Positions 52,873 through 61,353 of a stretch of DNA of 64,000 nt are shown here, piece after piece. Source of the DNA: an uncultured Christensenella sp. (GTDB lineage: Bacteria; Bacillota; Clostridia; Christensenellales; UBA3700); assembly GCA_949287655.1 (NCBI GenBank), contig CASEHD010000004.1, positions 55 to 64,054 on the forward strand, written 5' to 3'. The notes under the pieces were generated by a model. It was not told the origin of the DNA, made no database searches, and was given only the letters and a program-made list of their open reading frames with translations. The first letter of the stretch is position 1; every line of letters starts with the position of its first letter. A program made the translations under genes and the position numbers.

Positions 52873-54285
52873 ATGGGTTACGTATTCAGTTATAACATTT
52901 TCTTACATCTTGCATTGGTCCTGTTGCTTACGAAGGTTCTGGGCATACTGATGAGAAAGCTCGGTCTGCCGCAGGTCGTGGGCGCTCTTTTGGCAGGTAT
53001 AATCATCGGCGTCAGCGGTATCATAAAGGATACTGCCGAACTTAAACCGTTCTCCGAAATAGGCGTGGTAATGATAATGTTTACCGCCGGTATGGAGACG
53101 AATTTTAAAGAACTCAAGAAAAACGGCGTAGCTTCCGTGCTGATCACCAGCCTGGGAGTTATCATTCCGCTGGCGGTCGGGTTCGGCGTTTCGTGGATAA
53201 TCCCGGGTCTTACGCTTAAAGAGAGATTCTTCTTCGGCGTGATTCTTACCGCGACGTCCGTCGGCATTACGGTCGCCGTACTCAAGGAGATCGGCAAGAT
53301 ACACGGCAAGGTCGGCGCGAGCATTGTCACAGCCGCGGTTCTCGACGATATCATCGGCATCGTTATCCTCGCATTCGCGACGGGCGACGTCGATTCAAGC
53401 ACCTGGGGCTTCAAGCTTGCGGCTCTGTTCGGCGACGCGACTCAGATCGCTTCGGGAGTGCTCGTCCTGATAAACGTCGTGCTGTTCTTCATATTCGCGG
53501 TAGCGTGCGGTCTTGCGATCCACTTTATATTCAAGTTTCTCAGCAAGAAATTCCCGCACACCAGAAGACTGTCCATATTCGGACTCGCGACCGCGTTTTT
53601 ATTCGCGTGGTTTTCAGAAGAGCTTTTCGGCGTAGCGTCGATAACCGGCGCGTTCGTCGCGGGCATGATGATGTCCAATATGAAGCAGACGGAATACGTG
53701 GAGCGTCGTATAGATATGAGCGCGTATATGCTGTTCAGCCCGATATTCTTCGCCAACATCGGCATATGTCTCAACTACAACGCGTTGATAGACAACATCA
53801 GCTGGACGGTCGTGTTGTTCAGTCTTACGTTTGTCGTATGCGGTATGGCTGCTAAGCTGGTCGGATGCGCCACGGGCGGTATGATCTGCAGATATAAACC
53901 TCACGAATGCTTAGAGGTCGGTCTGGGTATGATGGTAAGAGGCGAGGTTTGTCTTATCGTCGCGCAGAAGGGTATCGAAGAGGGCATTATGTCTGAACAG
54001 TATCTGCCCGCTGTAATTCTTCTGGTCATCATGTCGTCGCTGCTTACCCCGATATTCCTCAAACTCACGTTCAAGAAGTTCCCGACCGCGGACGAGAACG
54101 GAAAGTACGAGACTCCGGCGTCGCCTGTCGCAGCCAACATAATAAAAGAAAAGCTTGAAAACAATATGCCTGTATGCGACGAGACGATAAGCACCGAAGC
54201 GAACGACATCGCAATAGAGCAGATGACGGGAGACACATCTCATAAAGAAGATAACAATCCGTCGTCCGACGAAGAGAAAAAATAA
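52873..54285 (+). CDS. CPA2 cation:proton antiporter (NapA-like)
   Basis: LPQVVG, ATSVGIT, AAVLDDI, GMMVRGEV, about 13 TM segments. Confidence 0.9.
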   Translation: MGYVFSYNIFLHLALVLLLTKVLGILMRKLGLPQVVGALLAGIIIGVSGIIKDTAELKPFSEIGVVMIMFTAGMETNFKELKKNGVASVLITSLGVIIPLAVGFGVSWIIPGLTLKERFFFGVILTATSVGITVAVLKEIGKIHGKVGASIVTAAVLDDIIGIVILAFATGDVDSSTWGFKLAALFGDATQIASGVLVLINVVLFFIFAVACGLAIHFIFKFLSKKFPHTRRLSIFGLATAFLFAWFSEELFGVASITGAFVAGMMMSNMKQTEYVERRIDMSAYMLFSPIFFANIGICLNYNALIDNISWTVVLFSLTFVVCGMAAKLVGCATGGMICRYKPHECLEVGLGMMVRGEVCLIVAQKGIEEGIMSEQYLPAVILLVIMSSLLTPIFLKLTFKKFPTADENGKYETPASPVAANIIKEKLENNMPVCDETISTEANDIAIEQMTGDTSHKEDNNPSSDEEKK

Positions 54286-54308
54286 TTACCGAAAGGTTCA
54301 CGATAAGC

Positions 54309-54337
54309 GCGCCGCTTGAAAAAGCGGCGCTTTTTTT
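54309..54337 (+). terminator. Intrinsic terminator
   Basis: GCGCCGCTT-GAAA-AAGCGGCGC followed by T7. Confidence 0.85.
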
Positions 54338-54413
54338 ATGCGGCAGGAAGCGTTAAAAAGAGATAAATATTTAACCTGTTGTCAAAAAAAGACGCGCGTG
54401 TTATAATATAGCT

Positions 54414-56810
54414 ATGAATAAACGCAGCGTAAAGACAATAGCCGTACTTCTAGTACTCATAGCCGCGTTCAGCCTGGCGCTGAGCGCGTGTACGGACGTA
54501 AAACTCGCAAAACCGGCGATCTCTTACGATAACGGCGTCGTTTCGTGGACTTCGATCGGGCTTGCCGACGGCTACGAGTTGAGTTTTTACGAGGACGCGG
54601 ACGGCGAAAGGGGACCGCGCCTCGGCGAGACGCTGACTCTGAAAACGACAAATTACGCGCTTACCGCAGACGGTATTTACTGGGTCGGAGTGAGGGCGGT
54701 TTCAGAAAAATTCGCGGCTTCCGACGAGGTTTTTATCCGTGTCGACAAGAAAAATACTGAAGAAGACGTGACGATACCCGGCGAGGGAGAAGGGTCGGAG
54801 ACGGCAGGCGGCGATGAATCAGGCGACAACGTTCAGCAGGACGTACTGCCTTCGGGTGTGCCTTCTCTCGATCTGCCGATAGGGGCGAAGCAGAAATTCA
54901 ACTATATATCGACCGCGTCTTTCGGCGGGATATCCGTTCCTCTTACAAAGAACACGGGCGAGGTCGCGCGTCTTTTCGTCGCGGAGGGAGAGCTGATAAG
55001 CGACTGGTCTTACGACGCTGAAAACGGGGCGGTAGAGCTTGCGTATTCTCTGTTTGACGACGTGAACACGGGCACGGATACAAAATTCACCGCGGTTACG
55101 AAAAGCGGCGACGCTTTCGAATTTTACGTTACTAAGAGCAGCGCGGCGGATATGCCGGCTGCCGTAGATCTTCCGGGCTACGGCGCATATCTGTACTGCA
55201 AATCGTCTGAATCGGCTTCTTCCGGACTTACCGTCAACTATTCTTTTTCTTCAAGCACTCAGGCTGTCAGCGTCGACGGTTTAAAGCTTGAGAACAGGAC
55301 GACTAATTATTCAACGACATCAGAGGCGGTCACGTTTAAAGCAGCATATCTGAAAAAGCTGGGGTACGGGTTGCACGAGGTTGAGCTTTTTACGACGAAA
55401 GGGGTCGTCGATTTCTATATTTTCGTGTATTCCGCCAGCATAATGTGCTACGACCTTTGTTACGAATTTGACGACACGTATCCTGCAATCACGCTGAATT
55501 GGTCTGTGGATTATCCGATAGACAAGTTTGAGGTCTACGTCAACGGCACGATGTATTCCAGCGTCGACAACCCCGATTTTTTCGACGGAAATTCTTTTAA
55601 ACTCGACGGCATTGTCGGCGCGGACGGCACATTCAGCGCGTACGTAAAGAGTTATATAAACGCGCTCGACACACCTGCGACAAGCGCGACTGCGGTCTAT
55701 GCGGACAATACCGCGGCGATAGCGGATTATCTTGATCCGGAGCAGGGTTTCACCTATCTCAACAAGACTTTCAACAGATATATCGACAGCGAAGAGGAAA
55801 TGGACGTCCTCGCGTACTATATGATACTGTACAACTATCAGCTGGACGAAAAGTCTTTCAATACGTCGAGCTCTACGACTATGGTCATGACGTATATGGA
55901 TATATATCCGGCGCCGTCTCTCGGCGTTGCCGACGCAAGCGATGTGATGGAGCTGTTTGAGGCGTCCTGCGCGAAATACAAGGAATCCATTAAATACAAT
56001 TACGCCGCGGTCGCTCTTTCTGACGGCGCTTACAGGATAGGGCTTTCGATGACTTCGCAGAACGAGGCGCTTTACGACAGCACGACAAACTATACGGAAT
56101 CGTCCTCCAACGAGTTCCATCTCACCAGGTCTATGCGCGCTTCTGACTTTGAGGACTTCGCGATTAACGACAGGGAAGGCGTCGTCGTCGAGACCAGCGA
56201 TCAGCTGTTCTTTGCGATAGAAGCGGGCTTCAAGCCCGTTCCCGTTGAAGGCAGCATTGCGGAAGGACTTTACGAACTGGCGAAAGACGTCTGTCGCAAG
56301 TGGATAGACGACGATATGACTGATTACGAAAAGGTCCACGCGATTTACGACTGGCTGGGTAAAAACGTAGTGTACGACTATAATATCGTAAGCGAGATGG
56401 GCAATATAAAGCCTGAAAGCAGTCTTTACAATAAGTTCTATTCCTACGATTGTTTCTATCTTGAAGGCGTGCTTGAAAACGGCGTGGCTGTCTGCAACGG
56501 CATAGCGAAAACGCTGGTGGTGCTTTGCGGAATAGAGGGGATAACCGCAGTCAAGGTCAACGGCAGCGCAAGCGGAGGCGCACATGCCTGGAACAAGGTG
56601 CTGATAAACGAAAAGTGGTATATCGTCGACAGTACATGGAGCAACCGGAAAACGACTGAAAACGGCAAGAAAGTCGAAAAATTCTCCCATGAATATCTGT
56701 TTATGACTACGGCGGAAGCTTCTTCCGACAGGACGGAGCTGACTGACGATACTCTGAAATATTATTGCGGCGACAGGCAGATATCGTCGGTGTACCGATA
56801 TGTGGGATAA
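54414..56810 (+). CDS. Lipoprotein with Ig-like domains and a C-terminal transglutaminase-like domain
   Basis: Lipobox LSA-C; AVCNGIA / HAWNKV / DSTW Cys-His-Asp triad. Confidence 0.85.
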   Translation: MNKRSVKTIAVLLVLIAAFSLALSACTDVKLAKPAISYDNGVVSWTSIGLADGYELSFYEDADGERGPRLGETLTLKTTNYALTADGIYWVGVRAVSEKFAASDEVFIRVDKKNTEEDVTIPGEGEGSETAGGDESGDNVQQDVLPSGVPSLDLPIGAKQKFNYISTASFGGISVPLTKNTGEVARLFVAEGELISDWSYDAENGAVELAYSLFDDVNTGTDTKFTAVTKSGDAFEFYVTKSSAADMPAAVDLPGYGAYLYCKSSESASSGLTVNYSFSSSTQAVSVDGLKLENRTTNYSTTSEAVTFKAAYLKKLGYGLHEVELFTTKGVVDFYIFVYSASIMCYDLCYEFDDTYPAITLNWSVDYPIDKFEVYVNGTMYSSVDNPDFFDGNSFKLDGIVGADGTFSAYVKSYINALDTPATSATAVYADNTAAIADYLDPEQGFTYLNKTFNRYIDSEEEMDVLAYYMILYNYQLDEKSFNTSSSTTMVMTYMDIYPAPSLGVADASDVMELFEASCAKYKESIKYNYAAVALSDGAYRIGLSMTSQNEALYDSTTNYTESSSNEFHLTRSMRASDFEDFAINDREGVVVETSDQLFFAIEAGFKPVPVEGSIAEGLYELAKDVCRKWIDDDMTDYEKVHAIYDWLGKNVVYDYNIVSEMGNIKPESSLYNKFYSYDCFYLEGVLENGVAVCNGIAKTLVVLCGIEGITAVKVNGSASGGAHAWNKVLINEKWYIVDSTWSNRKTTENGKKVEKFSHEYLFMTTAEASSDRTELTDDTLKYYCGDRQISSVYRYVG

Positions 56811-57483
56811 CGATAAAATAACAGCGCTTTTAAAGGAGCACGAAGACGAGAAGTACAGGGAATTTCACGGCGGACTTACGTTTACGTCGTACGAGCGCGT
56901 CGGGGTCAGGGTGCCCGTGTTGCGCGCGCTTGCGAAAAGCATAATAAAGTCGGGCGAATGGGAAGAATTTGTTTCCGTCCGTCCGATACTATTTTACGAA
57001 CAGGCGATGCTTTGCGGGATAATTTCGGCAAGCGTAAAAGAGCCTTACGAGGACAAGATAAAGCGTTTAAAAGCGTTTTCGGGGCTGATAGACGACTGGG
57101 CGGTATGCGACGTGACCTGCTCCTGCTTAAAGTGTAAGGACGACAGGCTGTTTGACGACGCCTGCGCCTTTGCGGCAAGCCCGGATCTCTGGCTCGCGCG
57201 TATGGGCTTGGTGATAATACTGGGCAATTTTGCGGACAGGGAGCACCTTGACGGAATACGCTCCGCTATCGATTCCGTACGTGCCGAAGGGTATTATATC
57301 GATATGGCGATCGGCTGGCTGATATGTACGGTCGAAAGTCGCGACAAGGGCGCGGGTATAGAGCTTATGCGGACGGCAAACATATCCCGCGAGGTAAAAA
57401 AGACAGCCGCTTCCAAGATGCGCGACAGTTGCCGCGTAAGCGAAGAAAGCAAAAGGAAAGCAAAAGATATCGCAAACGGATAA
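56800..57483 (+). CDS. DNA alkylation repair (AlkD-like) protein
   Basis: GVRVP.LR, IDDWAVCD, W..R, YYIDMAIGW. Confidence 0.85.
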   Translation: MWDNDKITALLKEHEDEKYREFHGGLTFTSYERVGVRVPVLRALAKSIIKSGEWEEFVSVRPILFYEQAMLCGIISASVKEPYEDKIKRLKAFSGLIDDWAVCDVTCSCLKCKDDRLFDDACAFAASPDLWLARMGLVIILGNFADREHLDGIRSAIDSVRAEGYYIDMAIGWLICTVESRDKGAGIELMRTANISREVKKTAASKMRDSCRVSEESKRKAKDIANG

Positions 57484-57510
57484 AATACGTTTAACCTACA
57501 CGGGCGTCAA

Positions 57511-57535
57511 AAAAGACGGGTAAATCCCGTCTTTT
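57511..57535. terminator. Bidirectional terminator between the convergent alkD-like and pdxK genes
   Basis: AAAAGACGGG-TAAAT-CCCGTCTTTT perfect stem with A/T runs on both sides. Confidence 0.75.
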
Positions 57536-57580
57536 CTGAAATGCGTATACGCATCCGCATTTTTTATTTGTAAAACTGTT

Positions 57581-58417
57581 TTACTTTATTCTTGAGATAA
57601 GATAGGGAAGTTCTTTTTCAAACTTCACGCCGTACCAATGGCTGTCGTCGTCCATCGTGCCGGCGATGGTCTTTACGGTGTAGTCCGCAGCGATCGCGGC
57701 GCTGTCGTAGACGCTTTTGCCGTTCATGAACGCGCCGACGAAAGCTGAAGCGTAGACGTCTCCGGTGCCGTGCGACATACGCGGCAGCTTATCGTTGAAA
57801 TAGTATTCGACTTTTTTGCTCGCGCAGTCATAGACGGCTACGCCCAGCTTTTTCGGGTCGAACGACACGCCCGTCAGCACGACTTTTTTGCAGCCGAGCC
57901 CTGCGAGTTTGCTTAGAAGCCCGAGGATATATTTTTCGTCGTATTCCGTTCTGAATTCCATGCCGGTCATAAGGCACGCTTCGGTAATGTTGGGCAGGAT
58001 CACGTCGGCGACAGAGCAAAGCCTTGCCATGTCTTTGGGGAAGTCGTCGGGGAAACCCTTGTAAAGCACGCCGCCGTCCGCCATCGCGGGGTCGACGATT
58101 ATCGCGCCGTCCTTTTCAAGGTGGCGGTCGATTATTTTGAGTATCAGGTCGACCTGTTCGCGGCTGCCGAGGTAACCGGTATAGATCGCTTTAAACGTGA
58201 TGTTTTCCTTGCTCCAATGTTCGGATATGGGTTCGATATCGCAGGTAAGGTCGCGGAAAGTCCAGCCGGGCTTGAACGCGGTATGAGTGCTGAGCACGGC
58301 GGTGGGCAAAACGCAGGTCTCTATCCCGCAGGCTGAGATGACGGGCAGCGCGACCGTCAGAGAGCATTGTCCCACGCACGATATATCTTGTACGGTCAAA
58401 ATCTTTTCTTTGGACAT
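57581..58417 (-). CDS. pdxK: Pyridoxal/pyridoxamine kinase
   Basis: QDISCVGQCSL, LSTHT, TGYLGS, DPAMAD, PNITEA, GTGDVYAS. Confidence 0.85.
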   Translation of the reverse strand: MSKEKILTVQDISCVGQCSLTVALPVISACGIETCVLPTAVLSTHTAFKPGWTFRDLTCDIEPISEHWSKENITFKAIYTGYLGSREQVDLILKIIDRHLEKDGAIIVDPAMADGGVLYKGFPDDFPKDMARLCSVADVILPNITEACLMTGMEFRTEYDEKYILGLLSKLAGLGCKKVVLTGVSFDPKKLGVAVYDCASKKVEYYFNDKLPRMSHGTGDVYASAFVGAFMNGKSVYDSAAIAADYTVKTIAGTMDDDSHWYGVKFEKELPYLISRIK

Positions 58418-58825
58418 AGTCAATACTCCTTTTGCAATATATTGATATTATTATAACGGCGCGGGCGCAAACAGTCAATTAAATAGCGGTTTTTCCGTTT
58501 ATTTATGCGGCGTTTTCAGACTTTTCGGCAATTAAGAGTGTGATATTTTTCAGCGTCATCCCGGTATATTTTTTAAACGTGTCGTTGAAGTGTCTCTGCG
58601 ACGAAAACCCCTGGTATTCGATTGTTTCGGCTTCCGTTTAACGCAGCCGACAAAGACATAGCCGGCGAGATAAAAGTCAATGCAATTATTCCGTCAAAGA
58701 GACCTTCCGTCCGGAGCCTTACTCATAATACATCCTTTATAAGCAGACACGCGCGCTTGGCAAAATTCGTGCGGGTTTGTTTTGTGTGGAGTTGCAATAT
58801 TATATTCGAAATCGCTGATAAATTG

Positions 58826-58854
58826 TTGAAATTCAAGTGCGTATATGCTATAAT
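58826..58854 (+). promoter_or_regulatory. Sigma-A promoter of the defence operon
   Basis: TTGAAA-N17-TATAAT with extended TG, upstream of the HTH gene. Confidence 0.7.
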
Positions 58855-58890
58855 TGTTTTAATCAATATTTTAGACGGAGAGTGACCCAT

Positions 58891-59115
58891 ATGGCGATCA
58901 GCTACAATAAGTTATGGAAATTGCTCATCGACAAGGGAATGACAAAGACGCAAATGCGCCTTCGGGCAGATATTTCCACGACGACGCTTGCCAAACTCGG
59001 AAAAAATGAAACCGTTTCGATGGATGTCCTATTAAAGATCTGCAAATTACTTGACTGCAACGTCGGAGATATTATGGATGTTATCAACGAGGAGACAAGC
59101 AATGGCGACAAGTAA
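58891..59115 (+). CDS. Small Cro/C1-type (XRE, HTH_26-like) transcriptional regulator
   Basis: SYNKLWKLLID..M.K..L...A.IS..TLAKL.KNE.VS..VL.KIC..L.C.VGDIM. Confidence 0.9.
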   Translation: MAISYNKLWKLLIDKGMTKTQMRLRADISTTTLAKLGKNETVSMDVLLKICKLLDCNVGDIMDVINEETSNGDK

Positions 59116-59932
59116 GAAACTTGAAATTATCTACCATAACGGACAGCCCGACGGCATCCGATCGATCAGGCGTCATCTTTCAACTATGACTACCTATGTC
59201 ATACCGCGGCCCCTGCTTGCCGAGGCAAAGAAGATCACAGGCATCAGCCGTCCAGGTATTTACTACCTCATCAACGAAAACGACGAAAATGAGATCGCGC
59301 AGATCTACATAGGGCAAACGCGCAACGGAGTTGTCCGTCTGGACGATCATAATCGTTTCAAAGATTTTTGGAATAAGGCAATCATGTTCCTTGCCGACAG
59401 CAAGACGTTCTCCCTCGATATGATCAGCGGGCTGGAAGAATACGCCATTATCAAAGCGCACGAATCCAACCGCTATAAGGTGGAGAATTCCGTCAAGCCC
59501 AAGTATGAAATCGATGAGTACGATCTCCCTTCCATTGAAGAGGTGTACGAGGAAATACAGTTCATCATGGCGACACAGGGTTATAAGCTGGACAATGCAA
59601 GGGCAAGCCTGAATGAATCGTCTGTTTTCCATACGACGCGCAACAGTATAAAAGCATACGGCGTTTATGGCGGCGATAAGTTTCAGGTGTTGGAAGGTTC
59701 GGAAGTCAATCTTGCGAAACCGGCGAATCTTGAAAAGTATAACAAACAGCGCAAAGAGTTGCTTGAAAAAGGAGATATCATCCGGCAAGCGGATAAGTAT
59801 ATTTTGAAAGTTACGCTTGAATTCAACACACCGAGCGGCGCCGGAGAATTTATCCTCGGCGGCTCGATCAACGGCTGGACGGAATGGAAAGACAAAGAGG
59901 GTAAAACCTTGGACGAGATTTATAGAAAGTAA
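59102..59932 (+). CDS. GIY-YIG nuclease with C-terminal DUF4357 (RAMA-like) domain
   Basis: PGIYYL...IYIGQT, RL..H, KDFW and the catalytic LE; C-terminal F.VL.GS, F.TPS.A..FILGGS.NGW.EWK. Confidence 0.82.
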   Translation: MATSKKLEIIYHNGQPDGIRSIRRHLSTMTTYVIPRPLLAEAKKITGISRPGIYYLINENDENEIAQIYIGQTRNGVVRLDDHNRFKDFWNKAIMFLADSKTFSLDMISGLEEYAIIKAHESNRYKVENSVKPKYEIDEYDLPSIEEVYEEIQFIMATQGYKLDNARASLNESSVFHTTRNSIKAYGVYGGDKFQVLEGSEVNLAKPANLEKYNKQRKELLEKGDIIRQADKYILKVTLEFNTPSGAGEFILGGSINGWTEWKDKEGKTLDEIYRK

Positions 59933-59948
59933 GGGAGACAAAAAATTT

Positions 59949-60905
59949 ATGAAAAAAGCTTTAATAGTTGGAATTGATAATTATTTGAAAGTGTCAGACC
60001 TTAATGGCTGTGTAAATGACGCTCACGATGTTGCAAACGTTTTATCGCGAAACGCAGATGGCTCTTTAAATTTTGATATAAAAATAATGACTTCGACTTC
60101 AGAAAACAATATTGTAACTAAATATGAATTAGAGGAAGCGATTAAGGAACTTTTCTCTGGGGATGATGAAATTGCGCTATTTTATTTTTCCGGACATGGA
60201 TATACCGAAGATAATAATGGATATATCATTCCTTCTGATATTCAATTGCCTGGACGCAATGGAATTAAAATGGATGATATTATGCAATGGTGTAATAAGT
60301 CTAAAGTAAAAAATAAAATACTTATATTTGATTGTTGCCATGCAGGGGCTGTCGGCGATGATAAATATTTTAGCGGAAATTCAATAATCGGTGAAGGGGT
60401 TACAATTTTAAGCGCTTGTACAAAAGGGCAATATGCGCTTGAACACTCACATCATGGTGTATTTACACAGTTGCTGGTAGATGCTTTAAATGGAAGCGGT
60501 GCAAACATTCTGGGCCAAATTACGCCTGGAAGTGTTTATGCGCATATCGATCAATCGCTAGGCGCTTGGTCACAGCGTCCGGTTTTTAAAACAAATGTTG
60601 AGCAATTTGTTTGCTTGCGCCAAACTTACCCCTCTATCAGTAGCTCAGATTTAAGACAGATAACAAATATATTCAAAAACCCATCCGAAGAATTTACCCT
60701 TGATCCATCCTACGAACCAGATTGCGAATATGCACAAGCAGATCACACTCGTATATTTGGCATTCTACAAAATATGGTTCATGTAAATTTAGTTATTCCT
60801 GTAGGAGAAAGGCATATGTACTATGCGGCAATGAATAGCAAATCTTGTAAATTAACGGCCTTGGGCGCACACTATTGGAACTTAGTTAAAAATAATAGAT
60901 TATAA
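59949..60905 (+). CDS. Caspase-like (peptidase C14) protease with an extra C-terminal domain
   Basis: KALIVGID.Y, L.GCVNDA, FYFSGHG (catalytic His), DCCHAG (catalytic Cys), GVFT..L..AL.G, plus a ~90 aa C-terminal extension. Confidence 0.9.
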   Translation: MKKALIVGIDNYLKVSDLNGCVNDAHDVANVLSRNADGSLNFDIKIMTSTSENNIVTKYELEEAIKELFSGDDEIALFYFSGHGYTEDNNGYIIPSDIQLPGRNGIKMDDIMQWCNKSKVKNKILIFDCCHAGAVGDDKYFSGNSIIGEGVTILSACTKGQYALEHSHHGVFTQLLVDALNGSGANILGQITPGSVYAHIDQSLGAWSQRPVFKTNVEQFVCLRQTYPSISSSDLRQITNIFKNPSEEFTLDPSYEPDCEYAQADHTRIFGILQNMVHVNLVIPVGERHMYYAAMNSKSCKLTALGAHYWNLVKNNRL

Positions 60906-60917
60906 GGAGATCTACAA

Positions 60918-61304
60918 ATGAAAAAACGTGCTTTTATTAGCTTTGATTATGATCATGATGAGGAATTAAAACAAGCATTGATAGGGCAATCTAAAAATCC
61001 TGATTCTCCATTTTCCATTAATGATATGTCGATCAAACAAGCAATTGATGGAAACTGGAAATATTATGCGAGACAAAAAATTAAGCAATGTGATGTTGTA
61101 ATTGTAATTTGCGGGAAATATACAAATACAGCTCGTGGAGTAACCGCAGAACTAAGCATTACTCAAGAAGAAAAAATCCCTTACTTTTTGTTATGTGGTC
61201 GTGCGGACGGAAAGGTCGTTAAACCATTAGGGGCATATGCTTCAGATAAGATTTACAAATGGACTTGGGATAATCTTAAAGCTTTGATCAATGGGGCCCG
61301 ATAA
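60918..61304 (+). CDS. Short TIR-domain protein (ThsB/MTH538/DUF1863-like)
   Basis: AFISFDYD.D box, D.S.K, W....R..I..CDVVIVICG..T..A.GV..EL with the putative catalytic Glu, W.W.NL end. Confidence 0.85.
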   Translation: MKKRAFISFDYDHDEELKQALIGQSKNPDSPFSINDMSIKQAIDGNWKYYARQKIKQCDVVIVICGKYTNTARGVTAELSITQEEKIPYFLLCGRADGKVVKPLGAYASDKIYKWTWDNLKALINGAR

Positions 61305-61353
61305 TTTTTATCCATCAACTTCCGATTGTATTATGCGAACATAGGAGAGCACA

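Noticed and set aside
58424-58890. Integration (att) site or tRNA at the island edge
   Set aside because: No tRNA fold, integrase or direct repeat is visible, and the other island end is outside the window.
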